This document shows, piece by piece, positions 9,547 through 18,649 of a stretch of DNA of 64,000 bases (positions within the stretch are counted from its first letter, which is position 1; the number at the start of each line of letters is the position of its first letter). A model generated the notes under the pieces. The model searched no databases, was not told the origin of the DNA, and saw nothing but the letters and a program-made list of their open reading frames with translations. The position numbers and the translations under genes are program-made. This DNA is from an uncultured archaeon (lineage in GTDB: Archaea > Asgardarchaeota > Thorarchaeia > Thorarchaeales > Thorarchaeaceae), in assembly GCA_964458565.1 (NCBI GenBank), contig CAYWJO010000001.1:64001-128000 (forward strand), written 5' to 3'.

Positions 9547-10449
9547 TTGATAAGTTTGAAATATTTCTCTCGAATCTTTGAAGACCGGATTAGCGACCTA
9601 AAGAAACAGATTCATGTCCTAAAAGATGTTCGTCGTTCGGCACCACCAATCATCAAGGTAGTTGGGACTCAAGCAACATTATTGATTCCCTTCATGCCTC
9701 CGGACAAATCACTTTTGAGAACTTCACTTCGTAATCTTGGAAGAAGGACTCGTAGAGCGGGTGTGGACCGAGGTCTAAGACACTCCATGGTGGTTTCAAT
9801 AAAGAATGGTGGGAGTAGGTATTCTGAACGAATGATTGGTAAGCAGGAACTATATGAAAAGAGAGAATCTCTACGACAACGAACAAGAGTTTTGATGTCA
9901 CAGATAGCAAAGAAACGAAACAACTGGGAGAGAAAACATTCGAGACTGCAAGATCCAGCCATCATACTGAAGAAGGAAAGAGAGCTGGAGTCAGTATGGA
10001 GAAAGATCCGTCGTCTCGATAAGGAAATCTCCCATCAAGTTGCTTCTGAAACCGTCTGGTTCTGCGAGCATCTAGCCGTGAAGACGATTTATTTTGAAGA
10101 CCTCAGGACTTTTCAGGGAAAAGGGGGAATGCGAAGACACAGCTGGAACCTCTCAACAAATCTCTGGGGTCAGATGATACAGGGAGTCACCTATAGACGA
10201 CATTCGATGGGTTACAAATCGGGTGGAGTCTGGATGGTCAATCCGTATATGACTTCCCAGATATGCAGTGTGTGTGGAAAAAAGGGAATCAGAGTTCAGA
10301 ACAGAGATTCTGAGGTAGAACAGAAAGGAGGAGAGTTTTTCTACTGCCCAAGTTGTGAAACCCGACTTCAAGCAGATGTTAATGCAGCTAGGAATATTAT
10401 GAGTGTTAAAATACAAGAACCCAGTGCCGTTCCTGGGTGGACAACATAA
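9547..10449 (+). CDS. tnpB: TnpB-family RNA-guided nuclease, N-terminally truncated
   Basis: RuvC-I GVDRG, RuvC-II FEDL, zinc ribbon CSVC/CPSC and RuvC-III ADVNAARNI. The RuvC-I Asp is at about residue 74, so the N-terminal lobe appears to be missing. Confidence 0.88.
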   Translation: MISLKYFSRIFEDRISDLKKQIHVLKDVRRSAPPIIKVVGTQATLLIPFMPPDKSLLRTSLRNLGRRTRRAGVDRGLRHSMVVSIKNGGSRYSERMIGKQELYEKRESLRQRTRVLMSQIAKKRNNWERKHSRLQDPAIILKKERELESVWRKIRRLDKEISHQVASETVWFCEHLAVKTIYFEDLRTFQGKGGMRRHSWNLSTNLWGQMIQGVTYRRHSMGYKSGGVWMVNPYMTSQICSVCGKKGIRVQNRDSEVEQKGGEFFYCPSCETRLQADVNAARNIMSVKIQEPSAVPGWTT

Positions 10450-10471
10450 GTTAGTCCAATCTATAATGAAT
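9547..10471 (+). mobile_element. Right-hand remnant of an IS200/IS605- or IS607-family element
   Basis: tnpB followed by two hairpins (acccag/ctgggt at 10419-10438; ggac..gtcc at 10439-10457), then an abrupt junction to host rnpB 3' sequence at a GG dinucleotide; no tnpA or left end visible. Confidence 0.65.
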
Positions 10472-10495
10472 GGTTACTCACTGCACCAGAGCCAT
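10472..10495 (+). pseudogene. rnpB: 3' remnant of RNase P RNA copy A
   Basis: ggttactcactgcaccagagccat parallels copy B's ggctactcttcggaccaaggct; pairs 14/15 with 7662-7676; followed by a pyrimidine tract. Confidence 0.75.
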
Positions 10496-10551
10496 TCTTT
10501 CTTCCATACATAAATTAAATACATAGTAAAGTAAATTGTGAAACGAGTGCG

Positions 10552-11376
10552 ATGCAGATATGGTCATGGGGTATTCGTGGTGCTTATCTCGGATTCCTCA
10601 TTGTAGGAATAATTTTGATTATGTCTATACTCATTCTATTATGGATTAGAAAATACAGAAAAGTCACAAGAGAGTTTTCCGCCGATGATGAATGGCTCAC
10701 TGATGAAAGGATAAAGATAACGCATGGCCAGTCAACTATCCTAAAATCAGGAATCGCTACATTGCGAAATCTTGGACCATTGAAAAAGGGCGTGACTATA
10801 ATCCTATTGTGCACCCTGATATTATCAACATCATGGTTCGTATGGAATCTTCCTCTTCGTTACGACAGTGGAGATATAGAAAATGGGGATACCCGAGTGT
10901 TCATTGTAACTTCAGTGGATTTTGAAACAGGATTACTTAGTGTACGGGGAATCCACGATCAATTCCTTGATGAGCGAAGTTGCAAGCTATTTTATTTTGT
11001 TCAATATGAACCAGAGATATTTAGACCCATAAATGTAAGCCTAACTTGGAATCTAACATGCGTGTTGTTTGCAGGAGTTGCAAGTTCAGCTCAACTCCGT
11101 GTGAGTATACTTCTTTCAGATTCTGACTATGATCACATCTATCTTCGAGATGTATATAGGAGAGATGTTAATTCTGAGCGCATTGAGATTCGTGAGCATC
11201 AGGCATCAGAAGTTCACATTCCATGGTATTGCAGTCCAGGTTCAATTTATTATGTTAGTATACGTTTGTTTGTGCTTTTGGAAGGAGATTCCTCTATAGA
11301 AGGACAAATACCTGGTACATCAGGTAATTTAGTTGTAAACAACATATCAATAGAAGCAGTAGAACCAATCGAATAA
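10552..11376 (+). CDS. Hypothetical membrane-anchored protein (2 TM plus beta-rich domain)
   Basis: 274-aa ORF with two hydrophobic segments. Confidence 0.6.
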   Translation: MQIWSWGIRGAYLGFLIVGIILIMSILILLWIRKYRKVTREFSADDEWLTDERIKITHGQSTILKSGIATLRNLGPLKKGVTIILLCTLILSTSWFVWNLPLRYDSGDIENGDTRVFIVTSVDFETGLLSVRGIHDQFLDERSCKLFYFVQYEPEIFRPINVSLTWNLTCVLFAGVASSAQLRVSILLSDSDYDHIYLRDVYRRDVNSERIEIREHQASEVHIPWYCSPGSIYYVSIRLFVLLEGDSSIEGQIPGTSGNLVVNNISIEAVEPIE

Positions 11377-11504
11377 ATCAAAGGCACATTCAAAATCAGA
11401 TTCAAAACACTACTAAACAGATATTCAAAGCCAAGAGGTTTTTCCATTGTATAGAATTTTTTAAAGCAGATGAGATAGTACATTATACGTGGATGGATTA
11501 GATA

Positions 11505-11978
11505 TTGAAGGCACGATATGTCGCGGTCATCATGTTCTTAGTTGCTATATTTATACCCGAAGGCATTTCGCTTTGGGAAAGGGAATCGAGTATTGCTTTT
11601 GCAATTTATGCATCATTCTGGGGATTAAGATATGACCCCATTTTCGGAGTTGAAATCTTATTTGTGGATATTCAAGCACTCATACTTGCAGTTCCATGTT
11701 TCTTTGGATTGAGTTTTATTTATGCAATACAGGTAGTCAGATATTACACTCATAAAGTAGGACATGAAAGCACTATTACCATCGGAATATTGAGTATGAT
11801 TCCAATAATGGTGATAAAAATCGGTTGGGGGCATTTTGGCGATTTGTTTAGTCACTTCAATACTATCATTTTACCACTACCAGTATTATTCATCATTGGA
11901 ATTGTTCTGATGAAACTAAGAACGGATTTAGACTCATTAGCAATCTGGAATGCAATTGAACCAGTTGGGAAAAACTAA
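11505..11978 (+). CDS. Hypothetical 4-TM membrane protein
   Basis: Hydrophobic helices with a C-terminal LPLPVLFIIG segment. Confidence 0.6.
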   Translation: MKARYVAVIMFLVAIFIPEGISLWERESSIAFAIYASFWGLRYDPIFGVEILFVDIQALILAVPCFFGLSFIYAIQVVRYYTHKVGHESTITIGILSMIPIMVIKIGWGHFGDLFSHFNTIILPLPVLFIIGIVLMKLRTDLDSLAIWNAIEPVGKN

Positions 11979-11979
11979 A

Positions 11980-12531
11980 TTAAATCTCTAAGTCTGACGC
12001 ATCTGATTTTGTGTGTTCTTCCATAATCTCTTTCTGCACTGCAACAATCTCAGTGCTGTCCTTGCATGCTACATAAGAATCCAGCCACTCTCTATTCAAA
12101 GTAAGAAAGGAAGGACCCCATTTGAAGACAGACATGATGTCCTTTGCCTCTTCATAGTATTCAAGGATATACAATGCTGCTGCGAGTGCCTCAGCTGTGG
12201 ATAATTTGATTGGTTTGTATGTGTTGATTGGATTGCCTGCAAGCAAGTATGGAAGTGCTCGTTGCTCACCACGTTTGGAGTTCTGGAAAATCTCTTCTGC
12301 TTGCTTCCATGAACAGTCAAGTGCAACCAGACCGGATTTTTTCACAGCCAATCTATCAGCATTAGAGAATGCAACCTCTGAAACTGGATTCAGGACAACT
12401 GCACCACGTGGAATCCTTCGCATATCACTAAGAAGTTCAGCCCGTTTCATCGAAATGAGCCTGATACCTGTGCACTTTTTTGGATCACATTGAGATGCAT
12501 GGTATACAAAGACTCTGAGCATTTCGTTCAC
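11980..12531 (-). CDS. tsr3: 16S rRNA aminocarboxypropyltransferase Tsr3
   Basis: QCDPKKCTG, LDCSW, RALPYLLAGNP and KLSTAEALAAA motifs. Confidence 0.95.
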   Translation of the reverse strand: MNEMLRVFVYHASQCDPKKCTGIRLISMKRAELLSDMRRIPRGAVVLNPVSEVAFSNADRLAVKKSGLVALDCSWKQAEEIFQNSKRGEQRALPYLLAGNPINTYKPIKLSTAEALAAALYILEYYEEAKDIMSVFKWGPSFLTLNREWLDSYVACKDSTEIVAVQKEIMEEHTKSDASDLEI

Positions 12532-12602
12532 TGACCTGACACTTCAACAACCAAATCAATAGATTTCTATGTTATCATGTTTGTGGGAATAGTGAAATCA
12601 AA

Positions 12603-12866
12603 TTGAAAATAACAACGTCTGACATGTTTTGTGAGATTTGTGGAGAGACGCTTGTCGAGTTAGAATCCTGTGAATCATGTAAAGGATTGTTTTGTACCGA
12701 TTGTGGTAATAGAGGAATATGTCTTGTATGTGAGGAGGCGAGATGTTACATATGTGGAGAATATCTGGCAGCTCGTGCTTGTAATGAATGTGGAAAATTA
12801 GTCTGCGAAGATCATGGCATAAAAATTGGTGAAGCAACCTTATGTGAACGATGTCAAGAGAGCTGA
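12603..12866 (+). CDS. Small multi-zinc-finger (Cys-rich) protein
   Basis: Eight CxxC/CxxH pairs in 87 aa; alternative ATG at 12624. Confidence 0.7.
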   Translation: MKITTSDMFCEICGETLVELESCESCKGLFCTDCGNRGICLVCEEARCYICGEYLAARACNECGKLVCEDHGIKIGEATLCERCQES

Positions 12867-12871
12867 CAGCT

Positions 12872-14203
12872 ATGTCTGAAGTGATCAATTTAGGTTTTGA
12901 TGACATTGATACACCAAGAGGAGGGTGTACGACTCATTTCGCTAGTATCTTAGTTGAATTCCTTTCAGAATTAGGAGCAGAATGGGCAGATTATCCTAAT
13001 CTTATTCGATTGAATCCTAACATTCCATATAGAACTCGAGGCAACGGTGCGGTAGCACTCAGATTTCATCTGGATAATTTTTCTATCAAAGACATTCTTA
13101 CTCAAGTTGAAGAGATGATAGGAGAATATGTGAAAGAGGACTATCCAAATACAAATCCAGGTGTGGTTTGCATTGAAGGGAATATACCTGCTAAGGTCAA
13201 ATGGATTGCAAATCAGGCACTGTGGAGGGTTGTGCCAACTGGTTACGCCAAACGTGTGATATCTGAGTTTGATATCAGCGCACATTCAGAGGGGAATAAT
13301 CGTGGATTGGTGGGGGCTCTTGCTGCTATTGGGAATCTACTTGATTCTGATTACACTTACGAATGCATAACATACAGAGGAATTGGAGAAACGGATGTAT
13401 CAAGAGGAGTAGATCACAAATCAGTAGTAGAAATGGATAGAATCACTGGCGAAAAAGTGTTCTCAAATCTAGATTATAATGATGGGCGTATTCTGATTGA
13501 ACCACATGGCCCAGATCCTGTCCTCTATGGAATTCGAGGAGAAACTGCGGAGGACGTACTCAAGGCGTCCAAGCTCGTAAAGAGTGTACAGGAAATAGAC
13601 AGATGGATGATATTCAGGACCAATCAAGGAACAGGCCAGCATCTTCAGAATAAGGTAGGTATCAATTCAGTAAGACCATACATGTCAGCCGTTGTTGAGG
13701 GAATTGTTTCCAATCAACCACAAATCAGTGAGGGTGGACATGTGTTCTTCAAAATAGGTGATGATTTTGGAGAGATTTCGTGTGCCGTCTATGAACCAAC
13801 CGGATATCTCAGAGAGATTGTGCTGCAGCTCAGCCCAGGAGATTCCATTAGAGCTTCATCTGGAGTACGTCCTTCTTCAAGAAATCATGGTTTAACTTTG
13901 AATATTGAAGGAATAGAAGTTGTAGAGCTAGCTGAAAATATGATGCAACTAAATCCTATCTGTCCAGTCTGTCTCAAACGTATGAAAAGTGCTGGAAGGG
14001 ATAAAGGTTTCAAATGTGTAAAATGTGGATTTAGGGATCGTGACGGGGTCAAGGTAGAAACATTAGTTGAGAGAAAATTATCTCCGGGGTACTACCTACC
14101 TCCAATAAGTGCTCAAAGACATTTGACAAGGCCGGAAGCGAGATTATCAAAGAATAACAAAGGTATTCCATCACTTCTGATTGATAAATGGCATTCTCCC
14201 TAA
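12872..14203 (+). CDS. tiaS: tRNA(Ile2) agmatidine synthetase
   Basis: GFDDIDT..GGCTT, LIRLNPNIPYRTRGNG, TNQGT, OB fold, zinc ribbon and RHLTRP; upstream ATG at 12851 is also possible. Confidence 0.95.
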   Translation: MSEVINLGFDDIDTPRGGCTTHFASILVEFLSELGAEWADYPNLIRLNPNIPYRTRGNGAVALRFHLDNFSIKDILTQVEEMIGEYVKEDYPNTNPGVVCIEGNIPAKVKWIANQALWRVVPTGYAKRVISEFDISAHSEGNNRGLVGALAAIGNLLDSDYTYECITYRGIGETDVSRGVDHKSVVEMDRITGEKVFSNLDYNDGRILIEPHGPDPVLYGIRGETAEDVLKASKLVKSVQEIDRWMIFRTNQGTGQHLQNKVGINSVRPYMSAVVEGIVSNQPQISEGGHVFFKIGDDFGEISCAVYEPTGYLREIVLQLSPGDSIRASSGVRPSSRNHGLTLNIEGIEVVELAENMMQLNPICPVCLKRMKSAGRDKGFKCVKCGFRDRDGVKVETLVERKLSPGYYLPPISAQRHLTRPEARLSKNNKGIPSLLIDKWHSP

Positions 14204-14230
14204 TAGAGAATAATTGTGATTGGTCGGAGG

Positions 14231-14635
14231 CTAAACTCTGCGACCTCTACGTCCACCAGGTTTTCGGGTACCATCATGTGGTAGGGGTGTGACTTCGTCA
14301 ATGATACCGATTCTCAAACCAGCTCTACTAAGTGCACGAATTGCCGCTTGGGCACCAGGACCCGGAGTTTTGGGACCATGTCCACCAGGAGCTCGTACAC
14401 GTATATGAATACCATAAATACCCTTATCCTTTGCCTCACGTGCTGCTTGGAATGCAGCTTGCATAGCTGCGTGGGGGGATGATTCATTTCTATCTGCTTT
14501 CACCATCATTCCACCGGAATAACGTGCAATGGTTTCAGCACCAGTTATGTCTGTCAGATGAACGATTGTATCATTGTAACTGGCAAAAATATGTGCTACT
14601 GCCCAAATCCTCTGTTCACTTGCATCCTTACTCAT
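14231..14635 (-). CDS. rps11: 30S ribosomal protein S11 (uS11)
   Basis: [22 protein letters not shown] and GGRRGRRV. Confidence 0.97.
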   Translation of the reverse strand: MSKDASEQRIWAVAHIFASYNDTIVHLTDITGAETIARYSGGMMVKADRNESSPHAAMQAAFQAAREAKDKGIYGIHIRVRAPGGHGPKTPGPGAQAAIRALSRAGLRIGIIDEVTPLPHDGTRKPGGRRGRRV

Positions 14636-15246
14636 TCTTCTACCACCTCATCATCAGTAGCGATTGGTTCTCTATCCATATTCGTATCAACAGAACTAGT
14701 GGGTTCCTGAACTACTCTCTGTGCTACCATCGATGCCGCGATCCTAGCTGGATGGGAGGCATCATTCAGAGGGGAGGGTCCGGTGTATTCAATGCTCTCT
14801 TCTTCTTGGAGTGTAATAATTCTCGCAGGAGTTGTTGCTCTTGCTTTATTTAATGCAATATGACCATGAGTCACAAGCTGACGAGCGTGGTGTATTGAAC
14901 AGGCAAGACCTTTCCTAAATACAATGGTCTGCAGACGTCGTTCCAGAAGGTCTTCAGCGGTGAGATCAAGTACATTATCGAGGTTTGGTTCTTTCTTTAG
15001 AATTCCACGCCGGGTGAGCATTTGAACTAATTCATGCTCAACTTTTGCACGTTCTTCTTCTGACTGTGCAAGAAGATTACGTGCAGTACGTCTATAACGC
15101 GATAGCTCGGTACGATGTTTCCAGAGTTCTTTCTTATTTCGTAATCCGTAAAGTCCGATTAACTGAAGTTCTTGCTCAAAACGGTCACTGTCAAATGGAC
15201 GTTTGGGTGTAACATATTTCTTCTTCTGTCGCCGTGGATCTCCCAT
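14632..15246 (-). CDS. rps4: 30S ribosomal protein S4 (uS4)
   Basis: [21 protein letters not shown] and [10 protein letters not shown]. Confidence 0.97.
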   Translation of the reverse strand: MGDPRRQKKKYVTPKRPFDSDRFEQELQLIGLYGLRNKKELWKHRTELSRYRRTARNLLAQSEEERAKVEHELVQMLTRRGILKKEPNLDNVLDLTAEDLLERRLQTIVFRKGLACSIHHARQLVTHGHIALNKARATTPARIITLQEEESIEYTGPSPLNDASHPARIAASMVAQRVVQEPTSSVDTNMDREPIATDDEVVEE

Positions 15247-15253
15247 TTCTTAA

Positions 15254-15706
15254 CTACACCTTCTTCCTTGACACACCCACAGCCATTCCAGCACGCCCGG
15301 TGGTTCTTGTATGTTGGCCTCTCACTTTCAGTCCGAGTGAATGTCTGACTCCACGCCAGCTACGAATACGTCTGAGTCGATCAATATCGTTTCTATGAGC
15401 AAATTGAAGGTCTCCACCGGTGAGGTGAAGATATCTTCCACTCAATCGATCACGTTGACGATTGACATACCATTCAGGAATTCCTACACTTATTGGATCC
15501 TTCAATACCTCCTCCATTCTAGCAATATCCTCCTCAGGAAGATATCCCAATCGAGAGTATGGATCTAGCCCTAGTTTGGCGAGAATGGTCTTTGACATCC
15601 TTAAACCAACTCCGCTAACACGGGTGAATCCTTGGAGGAGATTCTCCTGGCCATCGATGTCTTTATCGGCCAATCTTACAATGTATCTATATTCTTGCTC
15701 GGACAT
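15254..15706 (-). CDS. rps13: 30S ribosomal protein S13 (uS13)
   Basis: IPEWYVNR and RGVRHSLGLKVRGQHTRTTGR. Confidence 0.97.
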   Translation of the reverse strand: MSEQEYRYIVRLADKDIDGQENLLQGFTRVSGVGLRMSKTILAKLGLDPYSRLGYLPEEDIARMEEVLKDPISVGIPEWYVNRQRDRLSGRYLHLTGGDLQFAHRNDIDRLRRIRSWRGVRHSLGLKVRGQHTRTTGRAGMAVGVSRKKV

Positions 15707-15865
15707 GGTTGGTAACCTCATCCAGACTGATGTGAGGCGCTGTTCGTTTTTTGGAGATGCTTATAATAGTTACCATCAGGCAGCGTTCTGGAGTAATTAT
15801 GCGAGGGCTTTTGTTGGGTTTTAATATTCTGACAAGTATTCAAGGATGATATAGGGGACGCACGA

Positions 15866-16279
15866 ATGAGCAAATCGCTTGATTCCGAACCACTTTTGAC
15901 AGCTTCAGTGTTAGCTACAATTCCGGAGTGTCTGAAACGTACTCTTGGAGAGCCAATTGGCGAAAACATTAGACGGCAGTCTATATTGATATCTAGTAAT
16001 AACCTAGCAAATAGATTCATACTAGCTAGATGGGGAATACGTCCTTCCCAGAGAAAAAAATATCGTCATCTGTTTGATCGAATAAGAAAAGAATGCAGAG
16101 TAATTTTCAGAAACTACCATAACCGAGGTAGACTACAATGGAAGTATAATGAGGTGTTCCATACATTTGGAGTGTTCAAGTACGACGAAATTAGGGGAAA
16201 TTTGATTCTTGGTTTTGTCAAAATTCAGTCTCATGAGGAGTGGAAATTAACAATTAGATCATGCAAACAATCAATCTAA
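15866..16279 (+). CDS. Hypothetical basic protein
   Basis: 137-aa ORF filling the intergenic space, with a GGGG RBS-like sequence; no family recognised. Confidence 0.5.
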   Translation: MSKSLDSEPLLTASVLATIPECLKRTLGEPIGENIRRQSILISSNNLANRFILARWGIRPSQRKKYRHLFDRIRKECRVIFRNYHNRGRLQWKYNEVFHTFGVFKYDEIRGNLILGFVKIQSHEEWKLTIRSCKQSI

Positions 16280-17220
16280 TCTTCATTCTGTAAATCGAAT
16301 TCATCATCACCAGCTGATTCAAGCTCCTCTTCATCTATGAAACGTAGAAGTTCTTCAGCAGGCAAATCAGGAATGTGCACCTTAACGTGTTTTGCAGCTG
16401 TATCGAGGAGAATCTTAAGGATATCATCACGATAAGCTAAATCAATGGCAACCATTGGATAAGTTTCTGCTCCAATTATACGTTCAATAATTGAGGGGTC
16501 GAGAGCATTTGGTAAATCCTGTTTGTTAGCAATTATTACGATTGGAATATTTGGTGCGTCCTGTCGAATCATACGATACATTTCTTTTGAAATCAGGATA
16601 TTTCTCAGAGTAGAATCAGTTAACAAAAATACAATATCTGCACCCTTGAAGTAGAATTTCCAAAGCTTGCGAAACCGTTCTTGACCAGCAAAATCCCAAA
16701 TTACCAACGAATAATTTGCAAAGAATATGTTTTCTATCGACTCCATACCTAAAGCGATTGTAGGAATATATTGTTCTGGAGGTGGCTTCCCCATAAGAAG
16801 ATGAAGAGTCGTTGTTTTTCCCACACCACCTTCCCCAACGAGAGCAATTTTCAACTTGGATTGCACAAATGGAGAGATAATCCTAGAATAATTATCTTTG
16901 AGGTAGCGGGTTCCCTTTTCCTTCAAAATTACACTAACTGCTTTTGCAGCATTGCTTATTTTTTCATTTATCAGACGTTCATTCTCATCGATATCTGTAA
17001 CAAAAATTAACCGGATGTCACGGTCTACCAATCTACTAAAGTATTTGCAATCACGAACGTTAAGAGATACATCATCTCGCCCTTTTGTTACTGCGAGGAA
17101 TTTTTCAAGGCTGTCAAGATATTCAATAACATCATCACGTGGGACACGAATTGTCCAATACCTTGTAGATACCACCGTACGCCTACTTTTCATTCTAATG
17201 ATTACAGTGGTATGAATCAA
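16276..17220 (-). CDS. Arf/Rab-like small GTPase with N-terminal longin-like domain
   Basis: GEGGVGKT (G1), PTI (G2), WDFAGQERFRKLW (G3) and ANKQD (G4); ~120-aa N-terminal domain with longin-like strand/helix pattern. TTG at 17220 chosen; 17235 is possible. Confidence 0.88.
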   Translation of the reverse strand: MIHTTVIIRMKSRRTVVSTRYWTIRVPRDDVIEYLDSLEKFLAVTKGRDDVSLNVRDCKYFSRLVDRDIRLIFVTDIDENERLINEKISNAAKAVSVILKEKGTRYLKDNYSRIISPFVQSKLKIALVGEGGVGKTTTLHLLMGKPPPEQYIPTIALGMESIENIFFANYSLVIWDFAGQERFRKLWKFYFKGADIVFLLTDSTLRNILISKEMYRMIRQDAPNIPIVIIANKQDLPNALDPSIIERIIGAETYPMVAIDLAYRDDILKILLDTAAKHVKVHIPDLPAEELLRFIDEEELESAGDDEFDLQNED

Positions 17221-17337
17221 TGGAAGACCTCTCAACAGTGGTGGATTTGTGTACTCTAAATCAAATCAAACTCATCGTACATTTAAAGTGTATTAAGACG
17301 AAATGTAAATCTAATTCTTTATCTCTGAGGATAAAAA

Positions 17338-17456
17338 TGGCGCCGAGGGTGAGATTCGAACTCACGCGTCCATATGAACAACAGCTTACTATTCAACAGC
17401 CTGTATAGACAATTGTTTCCAGGCTGTCGCCGTAATCCGGGCTTGGCTACCTCGGC
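17338..17456 (-). tRNA. tRNA-Ser(GGA) with encoded CCA and a 30-nt intron at 37/38 (17387-17416)
   Basis: Acceptor GCCGAGG/CCTCGGC; anticodon stem ACAGC/GCTGT with loop CT-GGA-A; long variable arm; T arm GTGAG-TTCGAAT-CTCAC; G discriminator then CCA. Confidence 0.93.
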
Positions 17457-17517
17457 ATTGTTGAGCATGGAGGGTATAGAGTTACGTTTTAAGAATGTCG
17501 TTGAAGTAAAATCAGAG

Positions 17518-18567
17518 TTATGATCCCCTTAGTCCAACAGTACTGGAAAACGTTATTTCACCTGAATAATTTGTAAGCATCATCTCACGTACAGATTCCT
17601 TGTTTTTGGTATGGCCAAGTATCCACATCAATTTGACAGCAGCAGCCTCGGATGTCATATCAAACGCACTCAGAGCCCCAACATCTTGTGCAGCTTTACC
17701 AACCGCATATAGTGAGAGGTCAGCTTGACCAAATGCACACTGTGTACTCATGACTACAATAACACCTTCATCGAGTGCGTTTTTGATTGCACCTGTAAGG
17801 GCATTCTCCTTTGTGGGAATATTACCGGATCCGAATCCTTCAATGACAATTCCATGATATCCTAATTCAACTATTCGGGGGATTATACTTGGACGCATTC
17901 CAGGGAAGACTTTGAGCAAGTAAACCATATCATCCATCCTCGTATCGAAATTAGGTACAAGGTTATGACGTGGGGTTCGATTCTCATAAAATACGATATC
18001 ACGTGCTAGGAAACCCAAAGGTCTTCCATCAACAGAGTCAAATGCATCAAGAGCTCTTTCACGTATCTTTCGTGTCCTATTTGCACGATGAATTTCACCA
18101 TTGAAGACTATACAAGTTTCACCGATATCGCCCCATCCTGCAACTCTAAGTGCATCCACTAGGTTTCTTGGACCATCACTCCATGGAATGGAGGCGGGTA
18201 TCTGTGAACCAGTAAAGACAATTGGTTTCCCAAAATCTTGAACCATAAAACTGAGAGATGATGCAGAATAAACCATAGTATCGGTCCCATGCAGTATGAT
18301 AATCCCATCCAAATCTGGAATTCTTTCATGGATCTCCTTAACTTCTGTTGCGATTCGTCTCCAGTGATGCGGCTGAGCATTAGCGGAATCTATCTCAAAG
18401 AGTTCTCGTTTTATTAGTTCAATTCGCTGAAATTCAGGGGGCAGCGTTGATAATAATGCATCTATCTTGACGCCTGGGCGATATGCCTGTATCTCTTCAT
18501 CATAGACACTTGAGATGGTACCTCCAGTGGTCATTATGCATACTTTTGTTATCTTCGGTTCTGACAA
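17518..18567 (-). CDS. ansA: Type I L-asparaginase
   Basis: TTGGTIS, IDS, HGTDTM and FTGSQIP motifs. Confidence 0.9.
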   Translation of the reverse strand: MSEPKITKVCIMTTGGTISSVYDEEIQAYRPGVKIDALLSTLPPEFQRIELIKRELFEIDSANAQPHHWRRIATEVKEIHERIPDLDGIIILHGTDTMVYSASSLSFMVQDFGKPIVFTGSQIPASIPWSDGPRNLVDALRVAGWGDIGETCIVFNGEIHRANRTRKIRERALDAFDSVDGRPLGFLARDIVFYENRTPRHNLVPNFDTRMDDMVYLLKVFPGMRPSIIPRIVELGYHGIVIEGFGSGNIPTKENALTGAIKNALDEGVIVVMSTQCAFGQADLSLYAVGKAAQDVGALSAFDMTSEAAAVKLMWILGHTKNKESVREMMLTNYSGEITFSSTVGLRGS

Positions 18568-18649
18568 TGTCCTACACTAATAAGAATGAGATGAGAGATA
18601 TTTATGGATGTTATGATGAATAGAGGATTATAGTCAAGGAAGGAAATAC

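Noticed and set aside
7748-10471. Whole insert as a self-splicing IStron restoring rnpB copy A
   Set aside because: Excision would leave copy A without about 230 nt of its core, and no group I intron core was recognised.
9547-10500. Type V CRISPR effector (Cas12f) locus
   Set aside because: I saw no repeat-spacer array or cas1/2/4 in the window; the context is that of an IS remnant.
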